64,000 nucleotides of DNA, taken from positions 9,466-73,465 of the forward strand of contig QHTZ01000078.1 in the NCBI GenBank assembly GCA_003221005.1, in the 5' to 3' direction. Both the position numbers and the translations under genes were made by a program. Source of the stretch: Gemmatimonadota bacterium. GTDB lineage: Bacteria; Gemmatimonadota; Gemmatimonadetes; Gemmatimonadales; GWC2-71-9. The notes under the pieces were generated by a model. That model was not told the DNA's origin. It was given only the letters and a program-made list of their open reading frames with translations, and made no database searches. Of this stretch, positions 50,399-59,417 are shown in pieces (position 1 is the first letter of the stretch; each line of letters starts with the position of its first letter).

Positions 50399-50430
50399 CA
50401 CGACGTAAGCGTTCAGGAGCGGCGGCGGGC

Positions 50431-50775
50431 ATGACGGCTATTGAGTACCGCACCATGGCTCTCGGTCTCCCCGAAGCGTCCGAGAACAAGCACATGAGCC
50501 ATCCGGACTTCCGGGTGGCTGGCCGGATCTTCGCAACGCTCGGCTATCCCCGGCGCGGGTGGGGCATGGTCAAACTCACCCCTGAGCAACAAGAGTTCTT
50601 TGTTCGCGCGCAGCCTGGGGCATTCGTGCCAGTGAACGGGGCCTGGGGACGCGCGGGCGCCACGAATGTCCGGTTGCCGGCCGCAAAGAAGGGCGCCGTG
50701 CGCGAAGCCCTGATGATCGCCTGGCGCAACCGAGCACCCAAACGGCTCGTCGCGCTTCACGTCCCTGATGAGTGA
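50431..50775 (+). CDS. MmcQ/YjbR family DNA-binding protein
   Basis: ALGLPE, HMSHPDFRV.GRIFATL, GAWGRAGAT, AWRNRAP. Confidence 0.85.
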   Translation: MTAIEYRTMALGLPEASENKHMSHPDFRVAGRIFATLGYPRRGWGMVKLTPEQQEFFVRAQPGAFVPVNGAWGRAGATNVRLPAAKKGAVREALMIAWRNRAPKRLVALHVPDE

Positions 50776-51928
50776 CGCGCACACGCGGGCACCGATGGTC
50801 AGTATCCTGCTCTGCTGCGCTGCCGGTGCCTGTGGGCCGATCATGGATGAACGCCTGCCGGACAGGACTGAGCGCGTCCGGGCCTATCTGAGCGCGCTCG
50901 TCGCCCAGTCGAAGGTGCCTGGCATCCAGTATCTGGTGATGGACTCCACGCGCACGCTGTTCGAATACGACGGCGGCTGGGCGGACATCCGCGGCCATGT
51001 GCCGATGGAGTCAAGCACGACCATGATGGCCTATTCGATGAGCAAGACGATCACGGCAGCGGCGGTGCTACGACTGGTCGAGGCGCGTAGAATCGGGCTC
51101 GATGATCCTCTGGACCGCTACGTGGCTTCGAGCCCATATGGCCCGAGCGTCACGGTCCGCCAGCTGGTCTCGCACACATCGGGGATTCCGAACCCGATTC
51201 CCCTGCGCTGGGTGCACGCGGCAGCGCGTCACGCCGCGTTTGACGAGAACGCGGCGCTTGCGGCGGTTCTGCGCGAGTATCACGAACTGCGGTTCCCGCC
51301 GGGGACGAAGTACGCCTACTCTAACATGGGGTACTGGCTCCTCGGCAGGGTGGTCGAGAGCGCCAGCGGCGAGGCGTTTACGTCGTATGTGACCGAGCAC
51401 GTCCTCAGCCCGCTCGGCATCTCGCCCCAAGAGCTCGGATTCGCGATCCTCGACTCCGCCCACCACGCCGCTGGCTACCTTGAGAAGTACTCCCTGCTCA
51501 ACCTGGTGAAGGGATTTCTGATCGACTCCGAGCTCGTCGGGGGATACGAAGGCCCATGGTTGCGAATCCGGAGCCACTATCCAAACGGGCCGGCATTCGG
51601 TGGGCTCGTCGGCACCGCTAGGGGTTTCGGCACGTTTCTGCAGGACCAGCTCCGTCAACACTCTGCGATCTTCAACGACACGACGCGGGCGCTCTTCTTC
51701 GAGCCACAGCGGACGGCGCAGGGACGGGACGTACTGATGACGCTCGGCTGGCACATCGGAGACCTGGGCGGGATGCGCTTCTTCTACAAGGAGGGTGGGG
51801 GCGGGGGCTTCCACAACATGATGAGGGTATATCCTGCCTATGGCCTCGCGACTGTCGTGATCACCAACGCGACGGGCTTCAACGTGAACAGATGCCTGAA
51901 CACACTGGATCGCCAGTTCCTACCTTAA
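50768..51928 (+). CDS. Serine hydrolase, beta-lactamase/AmpC-like family
   Basis: SMSK (SxxK), SHTSG, PGTKYAYSN (YxN), KEGGGGG. Confidence 0.88.
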   Translation: MSDAHTRAPMVSILLCCAAGACGPIMDERLPDRTERVRAYLSALVAQSKVPGIQYLVMDSTRTLFEYDGGWADIRGHVPMESSTTMMAYSMSKTITAAAVLRLVEARRIGLDDPLDRYVASSPYGPSVTVRQLVSHTSGIPNPIPLRWVHAAARHAAFDENAALAAVLREYHELRFPPGTKYAYSNMGYWLLGRVVESASGEAFTSYVTEHVLSPLGISPQELGFAILDSAHHAAGYLEKYSLLNLVKGFLIDSELVGGYEGPWLRIRSHYPNGPAFGGLVGTARGFGTFLQDQLRQHSAIFNDTTRALFFEPQRTAQGRDVLMTLGWHIGDLGGMRFFYKEGGGGGFHNMMRVYPAYGLATVVITNATGFNVNRCLNTLDRQFLP

Positions 51929-52443
51929 GACCGGGCCCCGAAGCCCCCTTCGTCGCCCGCGCGCAGGGGCGCGCGTACCTCGCGGCCGGGCTGTTTTCGG
52001 GTTTCTTCGTCCTCATGGGCGTCCTGCTGACCCGCGAGAGCGCGCAGACCTGGCCAGTGCTCGTGGTCGCCTGCGGCGTGGCGGCGTTCATGCTCGCGGG
52101 CCTCGCCTATCTGCGCCTCGAGGTCGGCTCCGAGGGCATCCGCTACCGCAGCGTCGGCAGCAATCGCTCGCTCCGGTTCTCGGAGATCGAGCGTGCCTAC
52201 TTCGAGACGGTCGTCAACCGTGCCGCGCCGCGCGGGCTCGTCACGTTCTGGATAAAACCGAAAGCAGGAAATGCGCTGCGGGTCAACCTGCGCACGTTCC
52301 CGCCGGGCGCGGCTACCCGCCTGCTGACCGCCCTGGAGCGACACGGCATCGCGATCGCGGTGCCCGACTCGGCGGCTGCCCTGGGGATGACGCGGGAGCT
52401 CCGGGGGCACGCCGCCCGGCCTGGGCCGCGCCGACCGGGCTGA
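51892..52443 (+). CDS. Membrane protein with bacterial PH-like domain; start uncertain
   Basis: Two TM helices, then LEVGSEGIRYR...LRFSEI. Confidence 0.55.
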   Translation: MPEHTGSPVPTLRPGPEAPFVARAQGRAYLAAGLFSGFFVLMGVLLTRESAQTWPVLVVACGVAAFMLAGLAYLRLEVGSEGIRYRSVGSNRSLRFSEIERAYFETVVNRAAPRGLVTFWIKPKAGNALRVNLRTFPPGAATRLLTALERHGIAIAVPDSAAALGMTRELRGHAARPGPRRPG

Positions 52444-52457
52444 TCTACTCGCTCCGC

Positions 52458-53285
52458 CTATCTCTGACATCGCGGGCAGAACGTCGTCGCCCGCAGGTCG
52501 ATCGTGTGCGTCGTGACCAGCTTCTTCCCGCAGCGCACGCACGGCTCGCCACCGCGGCCGTACACTGTCAGCTCGAACTGGAACCGCCCGCGCTCTCCGG
52601 TGCCGGTGCGGTAATCGCGGACGGTCGTTCCGGCTGAAGCGACGGCGCGCTCCAGCACGCTCTGCACCGCGGCGTGCAGCCGGGCGAACTCTTCGAGCGA
52701 GAGCTTGTCAGTGCGTTTCGACGGGTCGATCCCGGCCTCGAACAACGCCTCGTTGGCGTAGATGTTGCCGATCCCCGCGACACGCCGCTGATCCATGATT
52801 GCCTTCTTCACGGCGGCGCGCGTGCCTTGCAGCCGCTGCGCGAACACGAACGGCGTGAACGTCTCGTCGAGCGGCTCGGGGCCGATGCGACCGGTGTAGG
52901 TCGCCCAGCCCCGCTCGTCCAGCAGCCACACGGTGCCCAGCCGCCGCACGTCGCGGTACACGAACAGGCGGCCATCTTCCAGCGTGCACGTGAGCACGGC
53001 GTACTTCGCCTCGTCCCTCGTGAGCGGGCGATCGTACACGACGAGCGACCCGGTCATGCGCGGCTGGACCACGAGCCGGTGGCCGCTCGCGAGCCGCAGC
53101 ACGGCGTGCTTGGCGCGCCGGCTCACCTCCTCGAACGCGTTCCCAGTGATCGTCTTCAACAGCCGGGGCTTGGTGACGCGGCGCAGCACGTCGGTCTTGG
53201 CGAGGCGGGCGCGGGTGATGCGGTGGCCTTCGAGCCGCGGGGCGAGCTGCCGAACGATCGTCTCGACTTCAGGGAGTTCCGGCAC
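52458..53285 (-). CDS. mutM: Formamidopyrimidine-DNA glycosylase
   Basis: PELPEVE, RRAK, MTG, GIGNIYANE, C-terminal CVRC...CPRC zinc finger. Confidence 0.96.
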   Translation of the reverse strand: MPELPEVETIVRQLAPRLEGHRITRARLAKTDVLRRVTKPRLLKTITGNAFEEVSRRAKHAVLRLASGHRLVVQPRMTGSLVVYDRPLTRDEAKYAVLTCTLEDGRLFVYRDVRRLGTVWLLDERGWATYTGRIGPEPLDETFTPFVFAQRLQGTRAAVKKAIMDQRRVAGIGNIYANEALFEAGIDPSKRTDKLSLEEFARLHAAVQSVLERAVASAGTTVRDYRTGTGERGRFQFELTVYGRGGEPCVRCGKKLVTTHTIDLRATTFCPRCQR

Positions 53286-54555
53286 GGGCCACCTCCCGCC
53301 ACCCGATGTCGCGGCGGTACGCTTTTCCCTCGAACGTGATGCGCGCCGCCACGCCGGCGCTGCGTTCCGCCGCGGCCGCGACCGACGCCGCCAGCCCGGT
53401 CACCGCGAGCACGCGGCCGCCCGCCACCCGCAGCGTGCCGTCGGCATCACGAGCGGTCCCCGCATGGAACACGAGCACGTCATCGCCGAGGTCCGGGGGG
53501 AGCTGGATGGTCGCGCCCACTTCCGGCTGCTCGGGATAGCCGCGCGCGGCGAGCACCGTCGTGACGGCCGCGCCGGTCGCCGGGATGACGTCCCGGTCCG
53601 GCCGCCAGCCGCCGCCCGCGATGGCGGCGAGCTGGCTCGTCGCGCCGCGGGGGAGCACGGGGAGCACGGCCTCGGCCTCGGGGTCGCCGAAGCGGCAGTT
53701 GAACTCGAGCACGTACGGCGTGCCGTCGGGCGCGAGCATCAGGCCCGCGTACAGGACTCCCTGGTATGGCGCGCCGCGGGCGGCCATCTCCTGGAGCGTG
53801 GGCTCGAGCACCTGGCGGCGCACCCGCTCGAGCAGCGCGTCGGTGACGAGACCGACCGGACAGTACGCACCCATGCCGCCGGTGTTGGGGCCGGTGTCCC
53901 CCTCGAGCAGCCGTTTGTGGTCTTGCGCCGGCGGGAGAATCACGATCCGCTCCCCGTCGGTGACGGCGAGGACCGACAGCTCCTCGCCTGCGAGGAACTC
54001 CTCGACCACGATCTCGCGCCCCGCCTCCCCGAAGGCGCCTTCGCCGAGCATCGCGCGCGCCGTGCGCTGCGCGGCGGCGCGCGTGGCGCAGACGACCGCG
54101 CCCTTGCCCCCGGCGAGCCCCGACGCTTTCACCACGAGGGGCTCGGCGTGCGTGGCCAGGTAGGCGAGCGCGGGGTCGAGCTCGCGGAACGTGCGGCTCG
54201 GAGCCGTGGGGACGCCCGCCCGCTGCATCACTTCCTTCGCGAAGGCCTTGGAGGACTCGAGGCGGGCGGCGGCCTGCGTCGGCCCAAACACGGAACGGCC
54301 GGCCGCGCGTAAGCGGTCGGCGAGGCCCGCCGCGAGCGGGGCCTCCGGCCCGACGACGACCAGATCGATCCGCTGTTCGGCGGCCGCCGCGACGAGACCG
54401 TCCACGGCGCTCGCCGGAATCTTGAGGTTGGTGCCGAGCGCCGCGGTACCGGGGTTGCCCGGCGCGGTGAACAGGGTCGCCTCGGGGGTGTCGCGCTTCA
54501 GCGCCCAGCAGAGCGCGTGTTCGCGGCCACCCCCGCCGACGACCAGGATCCTCAC
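53269..54555 (-). CDS. purD: Phosphoribosylamine-glycine ligase
   Basis: GGGGREHAL, GPEAPL, QDHKR, GPNTGGMGAY, EFNCRFGDPE. Confidence 0.97.
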   Translation of the reverse strand: MRILVVGGGGREHALCWALKRDTPEATLFTAPGNPGTAALGTNLKIPASAVDGLVAAAAEQRIDLVVVGPEAPLAAGLADRLRAAGRSVFGPTQAAARLESSKAFAKEVMQRAGVPTAPSRTFRELDPALAYLATHAEPLVVKASGLAGGKGAVVCATRAAAQRTARAMLGEGAFGEAGREIVVEEFLAGEELSVLAVTDGERIVILPPAQDHKRLLEGDTGPNTGGMGAYCPVGLVTDALLERVRRQVLEPTLQEMAARGAPYQGVLYAGLMLAPDGTPYVLEFNCRFGDPEAEAVLPVLPRGATSQLAAIAGGGWRPDRDVIPATGAAVTTVLAARGYPEQPEVGATIQLPPDLGDDVLVFHAGTARDADGTLRVAGGRVLAVTGLAASVAAAAERSAGVAARITFEGKAYRRDIGWREVARAGTP

Positions 54556-55550
54556 TTCTTCTTGAACGTGTCCGTGAACGCCTGCGCCGCCCGGCGGGCC
54601 GTGTCCACCACGTCGTTCACGACGGCCTTGGCTTCCTTCATATAATGCTCGCGTGCCTCGTCGAGGTCCCGATCGAGCGGGCGCTGCTCGGCCTCGGGGC
54701 CGCGGCGCGTGTACGCCCCGCCCAGGATGCGGTCGTACGCGCCGGCTTCGATCCAGCGCTGTAGCTCCGCCGCGCGCAGCGTGTTGAACGGGTGGCTGCG
54801 GTCGAGCGTGTTCAGGATCTGGAAGATGCGGTCCAGCGCCCCGCCCGTCTCCTCGTATTCCTTGGCCTGGGCGAGGAACGCGTTTAGATCCATCTGCGCC
54901 ATGTCGCCGCCGCCCGCCATCTTGAGGAACATGCGGAGCGAGGCCGTCGCGTCCTGACTCGCGAGCAAGCCTGCGCGATCAGATGACAGCTCGCTCTTGC
55001 GGTACCACTCGAGCAGCGCGATCCGGATCGGGAGCAGGGCGATCCCTGCCAAGAACGGCAGCGACGCGAAGCTGACGTTGAGGATCAGAATGAGGATAGT
55101 GCGGTACAGCGCGTGGCCGCTTATCACGTGGCCCAGTTCGTGCCCCAACAGCGCGCGCATCTCGTCGTCATCGAGCAGGCGCAAGGCGCCCGAGTTGATG
55201 ACGATGAACGGCTGGTCCATCCCGAACGCGCCCGCGTTCACGAACGGCGTCTGCGAGACGAACAGCTCCGGGCGGGTCGGCCAGTCGAGCGACGTGAGGA
55301 CGTCGGTGTAGAGCTGCTGCAGCTTGGGGAACTGCGTCGGGCCCACACGCACGGCGTCGGCCTGGAACAGGAGCCGCACGCCGCGCTCCCCGATGAAGCC
55401 GTAGATCTTCTTCACGACCTCGTCGAAGCCGGGGACCGCGCGCATCGCTTGCAGCGCGGCGCGATCGGCCGGATGCTCCCACGACACCGCGGCGATGGCC
55501 GTGAGAATCTTGCGGGGACGGGGCATCGGGAGAGTTGTCGAGTCGGTCAT
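54552..55550 (-). CDS. M48 family Zn metallopeptidase
   Basis: WEHPAD, GHELGH, ELSSDRAG, SHPF. Confidence 0.9.
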   Translation of the reverse strand: MTDSTTLPMPRPRKILTAIAAVSWEHPADRAALQAMRAVPGFDEVVKKIYGFIGERGVRLLFQADAVRVGPTQFPKLQQLYTDVLTSLDWPTRPELFVSQTPFVNAGAFGMDQPFIVINSGALRLLDDDEMRALLGHELGHVISGHALYRTILILILNVSFASLPFLAGIALLPIRIALLEWYRKSELSSDRAGLLASQDATASLRMFLKMAGGGDMAQMDLNAFLAQAKEYEETGGALDRIFQILNTLDRSHPFNTLRAAELQRWIEAGAYDRILGGAYTRRGPEAEQRPLDRDLDEAREHYMKEAKAVVNDVVDTARRAAQAFTDTFKKK

Positions 55551-55569
55551 GGCTAGCTCCTATGTTCTA

Positions 55570-55694
55570 CGAGTTGCGGGATGCGAGATGCGAGATGCGG
55601 CGGTTCTCATCCCGCGTCTGCCTTACGGACAGCGCCCGCACGTGTTTCGTTGTTTCCCGCATCTCGCATCCCCCATCTCGCATCCCGCATCCCG
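55570..55694. repeat. Inverted pair of heptamer arrays (CGRGATG / CATCYCG), second copy
   Basis: Left 55570-55599, right 55657-55694; 55658-55688 is identical to 45716-45746. Confidence 0.88.
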
Positions 55695-55697
55695 GCC

Positions 55698-56861
55698 TCA
55701 TGCGAGCGCTTGATCGAGGTCCGCGATCAGATCCTCGACGTCCTCGATGCCGATCGAGAGCCGCACGAGGCTGTCGGTCAGCCCCATCGCCTCGCGCATC
55801 TCCCGGGGCACGCTCGCGTGCGTCATCGACGCAGGATGGCCCACCAGGCTCTCGACCCCTCCCAGCGATTCGGCGAGCGCGAAGATCTTGGTGCGCTCGA
55901 CGAAGCGGCGCGCCCGCTCGAGCGTGCCCAGCTCGAGGCTCACCATGCCGCCGAACCCGCTCATCTGCCGGCACGCGAGCGCGTGCTGCGGGTGGGACGG
56001 CAGGCCGGGATAGTACACGCGCTCCACCCGAGGGTGCGCTTCGAGCCACTGCGCGATCCGCCGTCCGCTCGCGTCGTGCTGGCGCATCCGCAGCGCTAGC
56101 GTTTTGGTGCCGCGCAACGCGAGCCAGCAGTCGAACGGTCCGGGCACGGCGCCGCTCGCGTTCTGGATGAATCCGATCCGCTCGGCCAGGTCACCGCGTT
56201 GCACGACGAGCAGCCCGCCGACCATGTCGCTGTGGCCGTTCAGGTACTTGGTCGTCGAGTGCAGCACGACGTCGGCGCCGTGCTCGATCGGCCGCTGGAA
56301 GCACGGCGTGGCGAAGGTGTTATCGACGACGAACAGCGCCTGGGCGCGTCGCGCGATCGCTCCTGTGGCCGCGAGGTCGCACAACCGCATCAGGGGATTG
56401 GTCGGCGTCTCGACGAAGATCATGCGGGTCGCCGGGGTCACAGCGTCCACGATCCGCTGCGGGTCCGCCGTATCCACGAATGTGAACGCCAGGCCGAGGC
56501 GGGCCCAGATGTGCGTCATCTGGCGGTGCGTGCCGCCGTAGACGTTCTCGCCGCACACCACGTGATCGCCCGCCGAGAGCAGCTTCATGACTGCGTCGAG
56601 CGCCCCGAGCCCGGAGCCGAAGGCGAAGCCGTGGCGGCCGCCTTCGAGCGCTGCCACGTTGCGCTCGAGCGCCTCGCGGGTGGGGTTGCGCGTCCGCGCG
56701 TACTCGTATCCCTTGTGCCGCCCCAGCCCCTCCTGCACGTAGGTGGACGTTTGGTAAATCGGCGTCATCACGGCCCCGGCGAGGGGATCCGCGATCTTCC
56801 CTGCGTGCACGGCGCGGGTGGCGAGGCGGTTACTGAGGTCCTCCCCCGATACCTCGGTCAT
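55698..56861 (-). CDS. Cystathionine gamma-synthase/gamma-lyase family PLP enzyme
   Basis: PIYQTSTY, YARTRNPT, ETPTNP, DNTFATP, HSTTKYLNGHSD, AESLGGVESL. Confidence 0.95.
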   Translation of the reverse strand: MTEVSGEDLSNRLATRAVHAGKIADPLAGAVMTPIYQTSTYVQEGLGRHKGYEYARTRNPTREALERNVAALEGGRHGFAFGSGLGALDAVMKLLSAGDHVVCGENVYGGTHRQMTHIWARLGLAFTFVDTADPQRIVDAVTPATRMIFVETPTNPLMRLCDLAATGAIARRAQALFVVDNTFATPCFQRPIEHGADVVLHSTTKYLNGHSDMVGGLLVVQRGDLAERIGFIQNASGAVPGPFDCWLALRGTKTLALRMRQHDASGRRIAQWLEAHPRVERVYYPGLPSHPQHALACRQMSGFGGMVSLELGTLERARRFVERTKIFALAESLGGVESLVGHPASMTHASVPREMREAMGLTDSLVRLSIGIEDVEDLIADLDQALA

Positions 56862-56867
56862 GGCGGG

Positions 56868-56910
56868 AACGTAAGGGCGCCTTTCGCGCCGAGCAAGCGA
56901 CCTTTACGTT
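56868..56910. promoter_or_regulatory. Overlapping divergent promoters
   Basis: Minus strand TTGCTC-N17-TACGTT-N6-ATG (leaderless); plus strand TACGTT at 56905-56910, 10 nt before ATG 56921. Confidence 0.6.
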
Positions 56911-56920
56911 AGCAACGATC

Positions 56921-58003
56921 ATGCAGCCCAACAGCATGCACTGTCTCGTGGTGGACGACGAGCCGCGGCTGCGCCGCGTGCTCGTGCGGCTGCTCGAAGG
57001 CGAGGGCTTCACCTGTCGCGAGGCGGGCTCGGGGACGGAAGCGATCGCGATGCTCGAGCAGCAGTCCGCGCCGCTCGTCATCTCCGACCTGCGCATGCCC
57101 CAGATGGACGGCGCGACGCTGCTGCGGGAGATCGTGAGTCGCTGGCCCGACACGGCGGTCATCATGGTGACCGCCGTCGCCGAGGTCGAGAGCGCGGTCG
57201 CCTGCCTCCAGCTGGGCGCGCTCGACTACGTGGCAAAGCCATTCCACCTGGATGAGGTGCGCGCGCGCGTCATGCAGGCCCTCGACAAGCGACGCCTGAT
57301 TCTCGAAAACCGGATGTACCACCAGGAGCTCGAGCAGCGGGTCCAGGAACAGGCGCGCCGCATCGAGGAGCTGTCGCTCGAGCGGCTGCAGGCTCTGGTG
57401 CACGCGCTCGAAGAGAAGGATCCCTACCTGCGCGGCCATTCGGTGCGGGTGGCGAACTACGCGTTTCGGGTCGGGCGGGAGCTCGGGCTCGAGCCCGGGG
57501 TGCTGGACATGATCTCCCTGGGCGCCGAGCTGCACGATCTCGGGAAGATCGGCGTGAGCGAGGCCGTGCTGCACAAGCCGGGGAAGCTGAGCGAGGCCGA
57601 ATACCGGCACATCATGGACCATCCGGTGATCGGCGCGCGCATCCTCGGTCCCCTCATGCGCGATGCCCCCGCGGCACTCGCCATCGTGCGCTCCCACCAC
57701 GAGCGGCTGGATGGCAAGGGGTTCCCCGACGGTCTGAAGGGGGACGAGATCCCGCTCGAGGTCCGCGTGGTCACCGTCGCCGACTCATTCGACGCGATGA
57801 CGAGCCTCCGCCCCTATCGACCCGCCCTCGCCTTCGAAACCGCGGCGCAAGAGCTCTTGGATGGGAAGGGTGTGCAGTTCGAGCGCGCGGTGGTCGAGGC
57901 GTTCCTGCGAGCGTTTCCAAACGGTGCGTCACTTCCCATGGCCAGCCCGGAGCTGCGACCGCTCCACCTTCCCACGCCCGGGGCGGCAGTCCGACGCGCC
58001 TGA
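56921..58003 (+). CDS. Response regulator with HD-GYP phosphodiesterase domain
   Basis: REC (VVDDE, SDLRMP, KPF) plus GHSVRV, LHDLGKIG, HHERLDGKGFP. Confidence 0.93.
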   Translation: MQPNSMHCLVVDDEPRLRRVLVRLLEGEGFTCREAGSGTEAIAMLEQQSAPLVISDLRMPQMDGATLLREIVSRWPDTAVIMVTAVAEVESAVACLQLGALDYVAKPFHLDEVRARVMQALDKRRLILENRMYHQELEQRVQEQARRIEELSLERLQALVHALEEKDPYLRGHSVRVANYAFRVGRELGLEPGVLDMISLGAELHDLGKIGVSEAVLHKPGKLSEAEYRHIMDHPVIGARILGPLMRDAPAALAIVRSHHERLDGKGFPDGLKGDEIPLEVRVVTVADSFDAMTSLRPYRPALAFETAAQELLDGKGVQFERAVVEAFLRAFPNGASLPMASPELRPLHLPTPGAAVRRA

Positions 58004-58014
58004 CGCGCGTCCGA

Positions 58015-58043
58015 TTGACCCGCGGCGACCGCCTCCCTACGTT
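58015..58043 (+). promoter_or_regulatory. Leaderless sigma70 promoter of glmM
   Basis: TTGACC-N17-TACGTT-N6-ATG. Confidence 0.72.
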
Positions 58044-58049
58044 GGCGCC

Positions 58050-59417
58050 ATGACGGGCACCCTGATGGTCGGTGTGTCGGGGGTCCGGGGAATCGTCGAT
58101 CGCGACCTGACGCCGGAGGTCGTCACCCGCTGGGCGGCGGCATTTGGGACTTGGGTGCGTGAGGCCGGCCGACCGTCCGTCATTGTCGGCCGCGATTCCC
58201 GCAAGTCGGGGCCCCGCTTCACCGCAGCCGTGATCGCGGGCCTGGGAGGGGCCGGCTGCCGGGTCATCGATGTCGGTCTCGCGCCCACCCCCACGATTCA
58301 GCTCGCCGTCCTGCACCACGGTGCGGGCGGCGGTATCGCGATCACGGCGAGCCACAACCCGATCGAGTGGAATGCGCTGAAGTTCATCGGGCCCGACGGC
58401 ATCTTTCTTGACGGGGCGAACAGTGCGCGGGTCTTGGACCTGGCCGCGCGAGAGGGAAGGGGGACGGGGGAAGGGGGAAGGGTAGAGAAGGATCCCGGCG
58501 CCATCGAGCGGCATCTCGCGGGCGTGCTCGCACTCCCGATCGTGCGCGTGGAGCGGATTCGCGCACGGAAATTCACAGTGGCGCTGGATGCCGTGCGCGG
58601 TGCCGGCGGACCCATCATGGGAACGCTGCTCGAGCGACTCGGCTGCAGCGTGACCGGGATCAACCTCGAGACGGACGGGGACTTCCCTCGCGCGCCGGAA
58701 CCTGTCCCCGAACACCTGGGCGACCTCGGCGCGCTGGTGCGGCGCTCTGGCGCGGACCTCGGCATCGCGGTGGACCCGGACGTCGACCGGTTGGCGATCG
58801 TGGACGAAGGCGGCACGCCAATAGGAGAGGATTACACTCTGGGTTTCGCGGTGCGGGCCGTCTTGGGGAAGGGGGACGGGGGAAGGGGGAAGGGTGCCAC
58901 CGTCGTTTGCAATCTTTCCACCAGCCTCGTCGTCGACGATGCGGCACGCGAGTATGGTGCGGACGTCGTGCGGACGCCCGTCGGCGAAGCCCACGTGGCG
59001 CGCAAGATGGAGGAGCTCGGCGCGCCGATCGGCGGCGAGGGGAATGGGGGGGTTATCTATCCCGCCCTGCACGCCGGTCGCGACGCCCCGGTCGCCGCTG
59101 CCCTGGTGCTCGAGCTGCTCGCAGGGAGCGGACGTCGGGTGAGCGAGCAGGTGGCGGCAGCGCCCCGCTATACGATCGTCAAAGCGAAGGTGCCCCGGGG
59201 TGCGGAACTCGGGCCGGTGTACGCCGCGTTGAAGCAGCGGTTCCCCGATGCGCGGGCGGATGAGCAGGACGGTCTGCGGCTCGGTTGGCGGGATCGTTGG
59301 TTGCACGTCCGACCGTCCAACACCGAGCCGATCATCCGGCTGATCGCGGAGGCCCCCGCGCCCGAGCTCGCGCGGCAACTCGTAGAGGAGGGACGTCGCC
59401 TATGTGCGGTATCGTAG
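58050..59417 (+). CDS. glmM: Phosphoglucosamine mutase (phosphohexomutase family)
   Basis: VSGVRG, GRDSR, TASHNP, DPDVDR, GGEGNGG, RPSNTEP; upstream of glmS. Confidence 0.88.
   Translation: MTGTLMVGVSGVRGIVDRDLTPEVVTRWAAAFGTWVREAGRPSVIVGRDSRKSGPRFTAAVIAGLGGAGCRVIDVGLAPTPTIQLAVLHHGAGGGIAITASHNPIEWNALKFIGPDGIFLDGANSARVLDLAAREGRGTGEGGRVEKDPGAIERHLAGVLALPIVRVERIRARKFTVALDAVRGAGGPIMGTLLERLGCSVTGINLETDGDFPRAPEPVPEHLGDLGALVRRSGADLGIAVDPDVDRLAIVDEGGTPIGEDYTLGFAVRAVLGKGDGGRGKGATVVCNLSTSLVVDDAAREYGADVVRTPVGEAHVARKMEELGAPIGGEGNGGVIYPALHAGRDAPVAAALVLELLAGSGRRVSEQVAAAPRYTIVKAKVPRGAELGPVYAALKQRFPDARADEQDGLRLGWRDRWLHVRPSNTEPIIRLIAEAPAPELARQLVEEGRRLCAVS
58454..58483 (+). repeat. G-rich heptamer array in glmM, copy 1
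   Basis: gggaagggggacgggggaagggggaagggt. Confidence 0.88.
58866..58895 (+). repeat. G-rich heptamer array in glmM, copy 2 (identical 30-mer)
   Basis: gggaagggggacgggggaagggggaagggt. Confidence 0.88.

Noticed and set aside
50768-51928. Bona fide beta-lactam resistance gene
   Set aside because: SxxK and YxN are shared with esterases and peptidases; the KTG motif is replaced by KEG, so function cannot be assigned.
10426-55694. Repeat arrays as CRISPR
   Set aside because: Units are 7-13 nt and contiguous, with no unique spacers between repeats and no cas genes.
57700-57730. HD-GYP motif reads GFP
   Set aside because: A conservative variant; the metal-binding residues are intact.
59380-59402. 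glmS ribozyme
   Set aside because: glmS overlaps glmM, leaving no leader.
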